From a virus: DNA of 64,000 bases. The stretch is from IMG/VR virus record IMGVR_UViG_3300037258_000514, positions 1 through 64,000 of that record. One strand, given 5' to 3'. The notes below the pieces were generated by a model that saw only the letters and a list, made by a program, of their open reading frames with translations, was not told the DNA's origin and did no database searches. The translations under genes and the position numbers were made by a program. Of the stretch, positions 1-8,774 are shown piece by piece. The number at the start of each line of letters is the position of its first letter. The stretch's first letter is position 1.

Positions 1-2
1 TC

Positions 3-344
3 CCCGGCGAAACACTCGAGACAATCGAAGAAATGCGTCAATGGGTAATTAAGGCGAAACCTTCCGCAGTTACGTTCTCACTGTTTCAACCTTATCCGGG
101 AAGTGATGTATGGAACAATCCACAGAACTACGGCGTAACACTTCCAAACAATGCGTTTGATAAGTTTTGGATTTATGGACTCGAAGGAACAGAAGACGAG
201 CTTGTTCTATCACTACCTACAATTACAAAAGGCGAATTACTTAGAGCGCGAAGAGAGATAGGCGCTTTTATTGACTCCAATATCGGACATAGAGATAGAA
301 GGCGCGTGGATAGTCAATTCCATGGCGAACCGGCGATGATGTGA
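3..344 (+). CDS. Radical SAM protein, C-terminal part (5' truncated by window)
   Basis: Frame is open from base 3: PGETLETIEEM...FSLFQPYPGS, the PGET and PYPG motifs of B12-binding-type radical SAM C-termini. Confidence 0.7.
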   Translation, partial: PGETLETIEEMRQWVIKAKPSAVTFSLFQPYPGSDVWNNPQNYGVTLPNNAFDKFWIYGLEGTEDELVLSLPTITKGELLRARREIGAFIDSNIGHRDRRRVDSQFHGEPAMM

Positions 345-1378
345 GAATCTTAATTTGTGGTAGTCAAGGCCGTATAATGTCACATACAATTAACAGACTG
401 CTTGAGGGAGGACATTCTGTTATTGGTGTAGATAATGGTCAGAAGTGGGGACTATCGCAAACGACACAATATGAATTTGTCGCCGGAGATTGTTCATCAG
501 CAGAATTACTTCAACCTCTTCTATATGACATAGATTGCGTTATACAAGCTGCTGCAACACTTTACGGTGTACTCGGTTTCCATCGCTATCCTGCCGATAT
601 TTTAAGTAACGATCTTGCAGTACAGAAAACTGTTTTAGAATGTTCTCTCAAAGCAGGTATTAAGCGTATAGTTTATATTTCATCTTCGATGGTTTATGAT
701 AAATCTAATCATTGTTCAGATGAATTAGACGAGAAGTTTGCTGTACCAGTAACAGATTATGGATTATCAAAGCTTGTATGCGAGCGTTTAGTCCAGGCTT
801 ATACTTATCAACACAATCTGAATTATACAATATGGCGTCCATTTAACGCACTTGATCCAACTGAACGCGCTGAAAGTGAACAGGGAATAAGTCATGTTAT
901 TCCCGATATGCTTCAGAGACTAATTGTAGAACAACAGAACCCTTTAGAAATTCTCGGTGACGGAAATCAGATTAGATGCTTTTGCCACATTCGTGAAATA
1001 GGCGAAGCAATTGCCGACTTTTCATTCGACTCACGAACACTAAATGGAATCTTTAATTTAGGACGCCACGAAGCTATTTCAATGAAAGACTTAGCTTTAA
1101 GGCTTTACGATGAAGCCTGTAAACAGGGTTTAATCGTTAATCCTGAAGAACTTAAATTTACTTCATTAAAGGTTCCGTCTACAGATGTTCGGGAAAGGAT
1201 CGGATCATTTAACAAGATAAAGAAAGCAGTTAATTGGACATCGAATATTTCATTAACTTCGATGATTCACGATTGTGTTTCATCGTATAGTAAACCCAAA
1301 TTACAAAGTAATGAAAGACAACATAAATCATTACAAACTGCAAATCAATCTGCAACATCAATGACTTTTACAGGATGA
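341..1378 (+). CDS. NAD-dependent epimerase/dehydratase (NDP-sugar modifying SDR)
   Basis: GSQGRIM glycine-rich loop, ISSSMVY, YGLSK catalytic motif, GDGNQIRCF. Confidence 0.9.
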   Translation: MRILICGSQGRIMSHTINRLLEGGHSVIGVDNGQKWGLSQTTQYEFVAGDCSSAELLQPLLYDIDCVIQAAATLYGVLGFHRYPADILSNDLAVQKTVLECSLKAGIKRIVYISSSMVYDKSNHCSDELDEKFAVPVTDYGLSKLVCERLVQAYTYQHNLNYTIWRPFNALDPTERAESEQGISHVIPDMLQRLIVEQQNPLEILGDGNQIRCFCHIREIGEAIADFSFDSRTLNGIFNLGRHEAISMKDLALRLYDEACKQGLIVNPEELKFTSLKVPSTDVRERIGSFNKIKKAVNWTSNISLTSMIHDCVSSYSKPKLQSNERQHKSLQTANQSATSMTFTG

Positions 1379-1381
1379 CAA

Positions 1382-2077
1382 ATGATCTCTGTTCTTCTCC
1401 CTACACGCAAGCGCCCGCTTTTCTTAAAACGCATGGTTGATTCTCTTCGAGAGATGTCAACTATACAACCTGAAATTATCGTTTACATTGACGATGATGA
1501 TCAGGAAACCCCGCCTATGGCTGCTCAACTCGGTCTTGTTTCAATCATCGGTCCCAGAATTACTATGACAGACTACTGGAATAAGTGTTACGAAAAGGCC
1601 AGTAATGATATTGTCATGCAGGCAGGTGACGATATTGTCTTTCGTACAAAAGGCTGGGATAAGATGGTCGAAGACGAATTTGCAAAGTGGCCTGATAAGA
1701 TCGTTCTTGTTCACGGAGATGATCTCGACGACAATTTTAGAAGTAACTTTGGAACTCACTCTCTTTTACACAGACGTTGGATTGAGACGCTCGGGTATTT
1801 TATTCCTCCCTATTTTTCTTCTGATAACGGCGATCGTTGGTTAATGGCCGTAGCTAATTTTTTAGGAAGAAGAGTGTATCTCCCGTTTGTTACAGAACAT
1901 TTGCATTATAGAACAGGCAAAGCTGTACTAGACGATACTTATAAGGAACGTCTAGCTCGCCACAGAGTTGATAACCCTGATCAACTATATATGGATATGA
2001 TTTCAGAAAGAATACAGGACGCCGCAAAGCTACAGGCCATAATGGACGAGGAGCTTGAGAATGTTAATATCGCCTGA
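1382..2077 (+). CDS. Glycosyltransferase family 2 (GT-A)
   Basis: MISVLLPTRKR start, IIVYIDDDD, MQAGDD (DxD-like), EHLH. Confidence 0.85.
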   Translation: MISVLLPTRKRPLFLKRMVDSLREMSTIQPEIIVYIDDDDQETPPMAAQLGLVSIIGPRITMTDYWNKCYEKASNDIVMQAGDDIVFRTKGWDKMVEDEFAKWPDKIVLVHGDDLDDNFRSNFGTHSLLHRRWIETLGYFIPPYFSSDNGDRWLMAVANFLGRRVYLPFVTEHLHYRTGKAVLDDTYKERLARHRVDNPDQLYMDMISERIQDAAKLQAIMDEELENVNIA

Positions 2078-2711
2078 TGAAGTTGGAAAGAACTATTTAC
2101 TTGTAGGTGTGCCTGCATGCGGTCGCGCTACAACAGTTAGATGGGGGATAAATTTAACATCACAGATTTATCCACTCAGTATGTCGCACAATTTCCTAGT
2201 AGTGAAAGGCGCAGAAGCAGGAGAAGCACGAAATCAAATAGTTAACTATGTAAAAGAATCTAAAGCCAAACTTCTTTGGATGGTTGACGACGATGTTTTT
2301 CCTCCGCAATATGCTGTGCAGAAAATGCTCTATGCTATGATGAGTAAAAAAGATGTAATGGCTTGTGCTGGAATTGTCTATACAAAGTCAGAAATCCCTG
2401 TACCGTTAGTATTTGAACATAATGGTTCTGGTCCTTACCTTAATTGGAAACACGGACGCGTTTTTGAAGTTCCGGGTTTTATCAGTACGGGATGTATGCT
2501 TATCAAGACTGAGATTTTTGATAAGATCGAAACTCCGTGGTTTAAAACTACAGACTACCCTGATAGAATGACAGAGGATGTTTACTTTTGTCTAAAGGTT
2601 AGGGAAGCGGGATATAAAATTCTAGCTCACGGCGGCGTGCTTTGTGGACATTACGATTTTAGAACGAAGAAAGTAGTTAGGGCTCCGGAGGAAACAGCAC
2701 TAATCACTTAG
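2055..2711 (+). CDS. GT-A fold glycosyltransferase-like protein
   Basis: ARNQIV, WMVDDD, TGCMLIK, PWF, TEDVYFC, CGH motifs. Confidence 0.8.
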   Translation: MRMLISPDEVGKNYLLVGVPACGRATTVRWGINLTSQIYPLSMSHNFLVVKGAEAGEARNQIVNYVKESKAKLLWMVDDDVFPPQYAVQKMLYAMMSKKDVMACAGIVYTKSEIPVPLVFEHNGSGPYLNWKHGRVFEVPGFISTGCMLIKTEIFDKIETPWFKTTDYPDRMTEDVYFCLKVREAGYKILAHGGVLCGHYDFRTKKVVRAPEETALIT

Positions 2712-2722
2712 GAGAGAGTAAG

Positions 2723-2947
2723 ATGAGCGAAAATAAAGAAAGAAGTAGAATGGAACAACTAAGAGAAGCTCGTGAAATTTTACTTTCTTCGTTGTTAAGT
2801 GTTACTGAAAACTCACTTAGCAATATTAGAAGAATTGATAGAGCAATTGAAAAACTTGAAAATAAAGAAGCAGATCCTGCACCGAGTTATGAAGATGATT
2901 TAAAATTCTTGAAACGATTAGGTATTAAGGAAGTAGAAAATGAGTGA
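2723..2947 (+). CDS. Small helical hypothetical protein
   Basis: SD GGAGAG upstream, overlaps next gene. Confidence 0.6.
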   Translation: MSENKERSRMEQLREAREILLSSLLSVTENSLSNIRRIDRAIEKLENKEADPAPSYEDDLKFLKRLGIKEVENE

Positions 2948-3581
2948 GAATGTAGGGTTTGGAGCAAATAAACTAATCATTAGTGTACCGAGTTGTGAAA
3001 CACCTGCTTCTGTGGATTGGGCTATCAATTTGGCCAGTCAATACTGGCCATTAACTGTTTCCATTGAATACTCATCGCAAGAGGGTGTAGGACAAGATTT
3101 AGATTTGCTCAGGAATTATACAGTTGCGTACGCGTTAGGAACAAAAACAAAGTACATTTGGTTTGTAAGAGAAAATTCTCTTCCGCCGAACTGGGCAGTG
3201 CATCGTTTGTTAGAAGCAATGCGTGTTGATCCTAAGATTATGATTTGTGCTGGTATGTCACGAACAAATGTTCCTGAATCTGTTGAATTTTTAGACGAAG
3301 TTACAGTATTTGTTGATGAAAATAAAAATGAATTCGAAGTACTCTCTCTAACTCAAAACAATCATGTTGGATTGGAGTGTACACTTATTAAAACAGAAGT
3401 ATTCGACTTAATCCCTGAACCGTGGTTTAAATCGACAGATTTAGTTAAATCTGATAGTCGTTTGTGTTATGAGGTTATGGCGGCAGGATATAAGGTCTGT
3501 GCGCATTCAGGTGTAATGTGCGGTCGTGTTGATGAATCAGGTAGAAGTCACTGGCCTGAAGAAGCACTGGTTGCAGTCTAA
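2940..3581 (+). CDS. Degenerate glycosyltransferase-like paralog of 2055..2711
   Basis: LRN, CTLIKTEVFD..PEPWF, GYKV.AH.GV.CG shared with 2055 ORF; DxD replaced by VREN. Confidence 0.65.
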   Translation: MSENVGFGANKLIISVPSCETPASVDWAINLASQYWPLTVSIEYSSQEGVGQDLDLLRNYTVAYALGTKTKYIWFVRENSLPPNWAVHRLLEAMRVDPKIMICAGMSRTNVPESVEFLDEVTVFVDENKNEFEVLSLTQNNHVGLECTLIKTEVFDLIPEPWFKSTDLVKSDSRLCYEVMAAGYKVCAHSGVMCGRVDESGRSHWPEEALVAV

Positions 3582-3585
3582 TAAA

Positions 3586-4311
3586 ATGAATAAGTTAACT
3601 GTAGTATCTCCCGCTTTTTATGAAACAACTCAGCCTTATCAACTGCTCGTTGATTCCTGTAAGCACTACGGCATTCAACTACATCTTTATGGATTAGGTG
3701 AACCGTGGCCTTGGTACTTTGATGCTAAAGTTTTAAGACTCAAAGCTGAAATAGAAGAACTTGACACAGAACTCGTTCTTGTGTGCGATGCCGATGATGC
3801 GTTTATTATGGGTCCGCAAGCCGAGATTTTAAACAAGTATTACAGGTTCGAATCCGATATTGTTGTATCAGCTGATAGAACTCAAGAAGAGGGAGATTCA
3901 AAATTTCCTCAAAGTATTTTCAGAGACTTATATCCTTTATCTTCAACTCCTTGGCGCTATTGCAACTCAGGCGGTTATATTGGTAAGAAAGAAAGTATTT
4001 TAGATCTTCTAAATACGATGGCTACGCTAAAACAGCCTGAGTATATTCCGATCTATAGAAGTAAAGATTGGGATAACGATCAATTTAGAATGTCAATTGC
4101 ATACTTAAATGGTTATGCTATGCGAGTAGATACTAGATGCAATATTTTTCAAACGACAGGATGCGCAGAGAAAGAAGAACTTGTTTGGAAAAGTAACTAT
4201 TTAATGAATAGTGTAACTGGTAATTTTCCCTGTATCATTCATTTCAATGGCAATGCACCTGGAATAAAGGAGACGTACGAAAAATGCTTCGCGCTTCGAA
4301 CTACTCAGTAA
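3586..4311 (+). CDS. PLOD/LH3-type glycosyltransferase domain protein
   Basis: LVCDADD, RYCNSGGYIG, DNDQ, IFQT, IIHFNG resemble the procollagen galactosyl/glucosyltransferase domain; start placed at ATG 3586. Confidence 0.75.
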   Translation: MNKLTVVSPAFYETTQPYQLLVDSCKHYGIQLHLYGLGEPWPWYFDAKVLRLKAEIEELDTELVLVCDADDAFIMGPQAEILNKYYRFESDIVVSADRTQEEGDSKFPQSIFRDLYPLSSTPWRYCNSGGYIGKKESILDLLNTMATLKQPEYIPIYRSKDWDNDQFRMSIAYLNGYAMRVDTRCNIFQTTGCAEKEELVWKSNYLMNSVTGNFPCIIHFNGNAPGIKETYEKCFALRTTQ

Positions 4312-4544
4312 CATTTAACCCGGATGGTCCTCCCGTTGAGCAGGATAGCTTCACTTGTGGACACTGCCAGAGAATAACATTTGTTAAACCTGGACAGAGA
4401 CCGGATGATATTGGTGGATTGTGCAAAGTATGTATGAATTTGATTTGTCCTGAATGTGTTGGTTTAATGGTGTGCGATCCTTTTGAAGAGAAACTAAAAC
4501 GAGCAGAACAACGTGATAGATTTAGACGTCAAGTAGATCTATAG
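4284..4544 (+). CDS. Small Cys-rich zinc-binding protein
   Basis: CGHC, CKVC, CPEC. Confidence 0.6.
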   Translation: MLRASNYSVTFNPDGPPVEQDSFTCGHCQRITFVKPGQRPDDIGGLCKVCMNLICPECVGLMVCDPFEEKLKRAEQRDRFRRQVDL

Positions 4545-4559
4545 CGGAGTTACTCTAAA

Positions 4560-5108
4560 ATGCAAATTCTTCAGTTTTTCATCTTAACAGCGATATTTAT
4601 ACAATCTGTTATCATTTTGCCGGCTCAACAACTTATTACACAAGCAAAAGCAGTTTCAGTATTAGTTAACAATGATCAAATTATTGGATATTCCTGGGGA
4701 ATCGCTATTCCCAGTAAATACGAACCGACTAAGCAATTAATTTCATGTAAATTTACAAAAGTAGAGAAAGCAAAAGCTAGTAATGTTCTTCTTGTTAAAA
4801 CGTGCCTCAACAAAACGATTAATATTTATTTCACAAGTGAAGATAGTTTTGTATGCAAGACTCCATGTTCTTTTGAGGGTACGACATTTAATTGGAATGA
4901 TGAAGTACGTTGGGCGCCCGACGGCACAAACTACCGAGTTGTTAATTCCGAAATACTCGTAGTATTTGGTAGTTTTACTGATCCATCAGGCACAATGATT
5001 CCAGCAGCTGCAAATATATCATTTAGAACTTGGCCAACAAATTATCAAGATTACAATTTCCCGATTCTTATGGGCGGAACATTTGGCGTTGAACTAGGTC
5101 AAAAATAA
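4560..5108 (+). CDS. Hypothetical protein with signal-peptide-like N-terminus
   Basis: Hydrophobic N-terminus, coupled to next gene (TAATG). Confidence 0.6.
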   Translation: MQILQFFILTAIFIQSVIILPAQQLITQAKAVSVLVNNDQIIGYSWGIAIPSKYEPTKQLISCKFTKVEKAKASNVLLVKTCLNKTINIYFTSEDSFVCKTPCSFEGTTFNWNDEVRWAPDGTNYRVVNSEILVVFGSFTDPSGTMIPAAANISFRTWPTNYQDYNFPILMGGTFGVELGQK

Positions 5109-6073
5109 TGGCAGATACTAAGATTAGTGCTCTCCCGACTGTAACAACAGCGCAGGGAACAGATCAATTCGCAGTTAATCAAGGCGGCGTTTCTATGCAG
5201 GAAACGCTTGCTCAAGCATTAACTGATGATGTTCACGCTGGATATTCTGAATACACAGCAATTGCGTCTCCCAGTACACCCTCAGGGGCCGTAAGATTCT
5301 ATGCTCAACAATCAGCAAGATATTTGCCGCGATGGATTGGTCCCTCAGGATTAGATACAGGCGTGCAACCAGCATTGTTTGGTAATAATGTTGTAATGTG
5401 GCTTGTAGGGACATCAATAACGGCGGCTATTAACTTTGGAACTGCTTGGACAGTCGCTACGACACAAGCAACCCCAACCATTGCAAATACAAATTTCATG
5501 ACGCAGATGAAGCGCGCTACGTTTACGACAACAACAACTGCTGCAAATACATCAGGCGTTAGAAGCAGTGCTCCTTGTTGTTGGATTGGAAGTTCTGCTG
5601 GTCAAGGCGGTTTTTATTTTGTTGTAAGATTTGGAATCGCAACATATTCATCGACAATGCGTGTATGGGCAGGATTATCAGCTCTTACAACAGCGTTGGC
5701 AGCCGATCCCAGTTCCACAGTAAATACATGTGCAATGACAAAGGATACAGGGGAAACAACTTGGCAATGTACTACAGTAAATGGACTCGGTTCTGCAACA
5801 AAAATAAGTACAGGGAGAACTACACAAGCCGGAACAACATCAGACATATTTGATTTTAGAATGTTTTGTGCGCCTAATGGTACATCAATCACATTTAATG
5901 TTGAAGACATTACATCGGGAACAGTTTATGTAAATAACTCATCTCAAACGTTAACTTTACCGGGTAACTCAGCTATGTTACTCCCTCACGTTGAATGCAC
6001 GAACGTTGCTGGGGGTGCGGGTACGGCAGTTGCAATCTTCTTAAATAAAATTTACATCGAGACGGATAACTAA
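5108..6073 (+). CDS. Virion fibre/appendage-like protein
   Basis: MADTKISALP N-terminus common in phage fibre proteins; T/G/S-rich beta-type composition. Confidence 0.6.
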   Translation: MADTKISALPTVTTAQGTDQFAVNQGGVSMQETLAQALTDDVHAGYSEYTAIASPSTPSGAVRFYAQQSARYLPRWIGPSGLDTGVQPALFGNNVVMWLVGTSITAAINFGTAWTVATTQATPTIANTNFMTQMKRATFTTTTTAANTSGVRSSAPCCWIGSSAGQGGFYFVVRFGIATYSSTMRVWAGLSALTTALAADPSSTVNTCAMTKDTGETTWQCTTVNGLGSATKISTGRTTQAGTTSDIFDFRMFCAPNGTSITFNVEDITSGTVYVNNSSQTLTLPGNSAMLLPHVECTNVAGGAGTAVAIFLNKIYIETDN

Positions 6074-6807
6074 TGAAAGAAAAAGTTGTTATCGGCTGGC
6101 CTGATGGAGGAAATGTTTACGGCGGATTTACTAAATCCCTGCTCTCTTTACTTCATTTTGAATTGAACAACCCTAATGATCGCTATGAAGTTTTAGAACC
6201 AATTCGATCTACCGGGTTATATATAACAGAGAATAGAAATGAGTTAATTAGACAAGCTAAAGAATATAAAGCAGATTGGCTTCTTCAGATTGATGGAGAC
6301 GAAACTTTTAATCCTAGTTTACTCAAAACTTTGCTTCGAACAGCTGATAAGGAAACAAGGCCGGTTGTTGTTGGTATTTATGCTAATATTGGATATGTTG
6401 AAAACGGCGGATTTAACCTAATTGATTGTGTATACGCAGAAGGCCCGGATGGACGTTATAGAAATATGGCTCCTCCTAAAAATCTCGTTCCTTTTATTGT
6501 AGACGCAGCAGGAACTGGTGTATTTTTAACGCATACATCGATTTATGACAAGATCCTCCCGCCTTGGTTCTGGCTCGAGCAACTCCAGTTGCCTGACGGT
6601 AAAATCCAGTTTATGAATGAGGATATCGCCTTTTGTCGTATTCTTAGAGAAAACGGATATAAGATCTGGTGCGATCCGCTAGCTGAAGCAACTCATTGGA
6701 AAATGCTTCCGTTAAACGCGTCACCTACCGGTCAATTTATTCGTAAGATAGGGAAAGATAAACAAGAACACAATATTAATATCGGAGCTGAAATAGTAGG
6801 AGTATAA
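6073..6807 (+). CDS. GT-A fold glycosyltransferase-like protein
   Basis: NRNELI, WLLQIDGD, DAAGTGVFL, PWF, NEDIAFC, H motifs. Confidence 0.8.
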   Translation: MKEKVVIGWPDGGNVYGGFTKSLLSLLHFELNNPNDRYEVLEPIRSTGLYITENRNELIRQAKEYKADWLLQIDGDETFNPSLLKTLLRTADKETRPVVVGIYANIGYVENGGFNLIDCVYAEGPDGRYRNMAPPKNLVPFIVDAAGTGVFLTHTSIYDKILPPWFWLEQLQLPDGKIQFMNEDIAFCRILRENGYKIWCDPLAEATHWKMLPLNASPTGQFIRKIGKDKQEHNINIGAEIVGV

Positions 6808-6984
6808 ATGGCTATTAATTATTACGAATTAGAAAATGGAACAGGACACTATGAATTAGAAAATGGTTCTGGTTCTCTTCTACTACAATCATCCGATGAT
6901 CCGAATTATATTGGTGCAGTTGGAGTAGAGACAAATCTTCCCGGTGGTTTAAGACTAGATCCATTAAAGATAATTGGATATTAA
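6808..6984 (+). CDS. 58-aa protein not in ORF track (MAINYYELENGTGHYELENGSGSLLLQ...)
   Basis: Exactly fills the gap between stop 6807 and ATG 6985; YELENG repeated. Confidence 0.7.
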   Translation: MAINYYELENGTGHYELENGSGSLLLQSSDDPNYIGAVGVETNLPGGLRLDPLKIIGY

Positions 6985-8298
6985 ATGGCGATCAGTCCTG
7001 ATCACATAACAGTTAGTTCTGCGGGTTTATCTTCAGGAGCGTCGTTAACAACGTCTTCTAGTACAGGTAATCTAAGTGCTGTTGCTATATGTTTGTCTGC
7101 TGTAGCAGGATTAGTTAATAGTGTAACAGATAATAAGAGTAATGCGTATTTGTTGGGAGTTAAGAAAGACGACACACTCTCAGATTTGGAGATTTGGTAC
7201 GCTCCGAATGCAACAACAGGAATAACATCAGTTACTGTTACATTTGTAGGTACAGCAACTATGTTATTTGCCGTTTATGACTGTTCCGGAGCATTAACAA
7301 CAAATCCTTTTGTTAACGCTGATTTTATAGAATCAAATGCAACTGGCAGTACAGCGACGACTAATCCTGTTGGTCCAACAGTTAATTACAATTATGGAGG
7401 AACATTTTCTATTGCAATCTGTTTCTCAACTGGTTCCGTGTCAGCTGTAAGTTCACCCTATACTTTAGACCTAGCTAGTCATAACGGATTGGCTCATGCA
7501 GCATTTGCGGGAACAGGCGTATTTCAACCGAGTTGGACAACACTTGTAAGTCAACCTTGGGCCGGTGTTAATGCCCTATTTGCTTCAAATGCAGGATCAA
7601 ATAATATTAGATTTTTAAAAGGTAAAAGTGGAAGTAATTTACCATCAATTCAAGCTAGTCCTGTAACAACGGCTATCGGAGATTTAGTTATTCTAATAGA
7701 TGTTTCAAGTGGCGGTTCAGCGCCATTTTTCACTGATAATAAAGGAAATACTTTTATAAACGTTCCTGGTATGAATCCTTTTAGTGGCGGAGGCGGAGAT
7801 AGTAACGTTGGATATTGCATTCTTACATCAGCCGGAACTAATCATATTTTCCAATTTAATTCGGCTTTTAATACAACCGGACCAATACTTGGAATAGTAA
7901 TTACACCAAATATAACGCCGACACTTACGGATAAGAATATAGCTTTTACATCATCTTCAGGTACTACATTTACAGGTGTTTCTTGCACGCCTCATGCCGG
8001 AGATTATTTATTTAACTGGACAGACGTGCAAGATGGACAAGAGTCAAGTTTTACTGCTAACGGCTCATGGATACTGGGACCATTTGAATTAGACGGTAAT
8101 AGTTATTCAGATCCACAGACATTAACATATCAGTTAAATGCTGTTGGGGGTTCTACATCTGATAATTCATCTGTATCTCCAAATGCAGCTTCGGCAGTCG
8201 AAGCCATAATTGCATTTACAATTGCAGCTTCATCGCCATCGAATATTTATCCAAATGATTTAACACCCGGGACGAATGTAGTATTTGAGATTGCATAA
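6985..8298 (+). CDS. S/T/G-rich two-domain beta-sandwich accessory structural protein
   Basis: Two similar halves (VTDNKSNAY / FTDNKGNTF). Confidence 0.55.
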   Translation: MAISPDHITVSSAGLSSGASLTTSSSTGNLSAVAICLSAVAGLVNSVTDNKSNAYLLGVKKDDTLSDLEIWYAPNATTGITSVTVTFVGTATMLFAVYDCSGALTTNPFVNADFIESNATGSTATTNPVGPTVNYNYGGTFSIAICFSTGSVSAVSSPYTLDLASHNGLAHAAFAGTGVFQPSWTTLVSQPWAGVNALFASNAGSNNIRFLKGKSGSNLPSIQASPVTTAIGDLVILIDVSSGGSAPFFTDNKGNTFINVPGMNPFSGGGGDSNVGYCILTSAGTNHIFQFNSAFNTTGPILGIVITPNITPTLTDKNIAFTSSSGTTFTGVSCTPHAGDYLFNWTDVQDGQESSFTANGSWILGPFELDGNSYSDPQTLTYQLNAVGGSTSDNSSVSPNAASAVEAIIAFTIAASSPSNIYPNDLTPGTNVVFEIA

Positions 8299-8300
8299 CT

Positions 8301-8774
8301 ATGAGAAAAAAATTTGTCATTACTGCTGTTAGCATACTAGTTATAGTGATTCTTGCATATACACAAGGACCACATATTCATGCTATCTTGGATCTAGGAC
8401 CTCCTAATCAAGCGTTTACTGTTGGACAGTCTGTTCCAGCTTATACTGTTGTTCATACATCAGGATCGCCTTATTCCTTAGTAGGATATTCAGGATATTA
8501 TTGGAATAATACATCAGGGTCCTACGGTTGGCAGTTAGACGCACCAATCGTTGGTAAACAATATTGTTTTGGTAATTACCCTGGAAGATCGGGAATACTA
8601 ACGGTTACGACCGCGCCTTCTGTTTATATCGCATATGAAGGAATAAATGGCACTATTACAACAGGAACATTAATTTCGGGAGGAGCTTTAGGTGATTTTG
8701 TATGCATGGAAGCCGTTGATTTAACTCACTACGTTGTTACAGGAGCAGGGTATGGTAGTTGGACTCCGAGCTAA
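8301..8774 (+). CDS. Protein with signal/TM N-terminus and fibre-like domain
   Basis: MRKKFVITAVSILVIVILA; G/T-rich body. Confidence 0.55.
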   Translation: MRKKFVITAVSILVIVILAYTQGPHIHAILDLGPPNQAFTVGQSVPAYTVVHTSGSPYSLVGYSGYYWNNTSGSYGWQLDAPIVGKQYCFGNYPGRSGILTVTTAPSVYIAYEGINGTITTGTLISGGALGDFVCMEAVDLTHYVVTGAGYGSWTPS

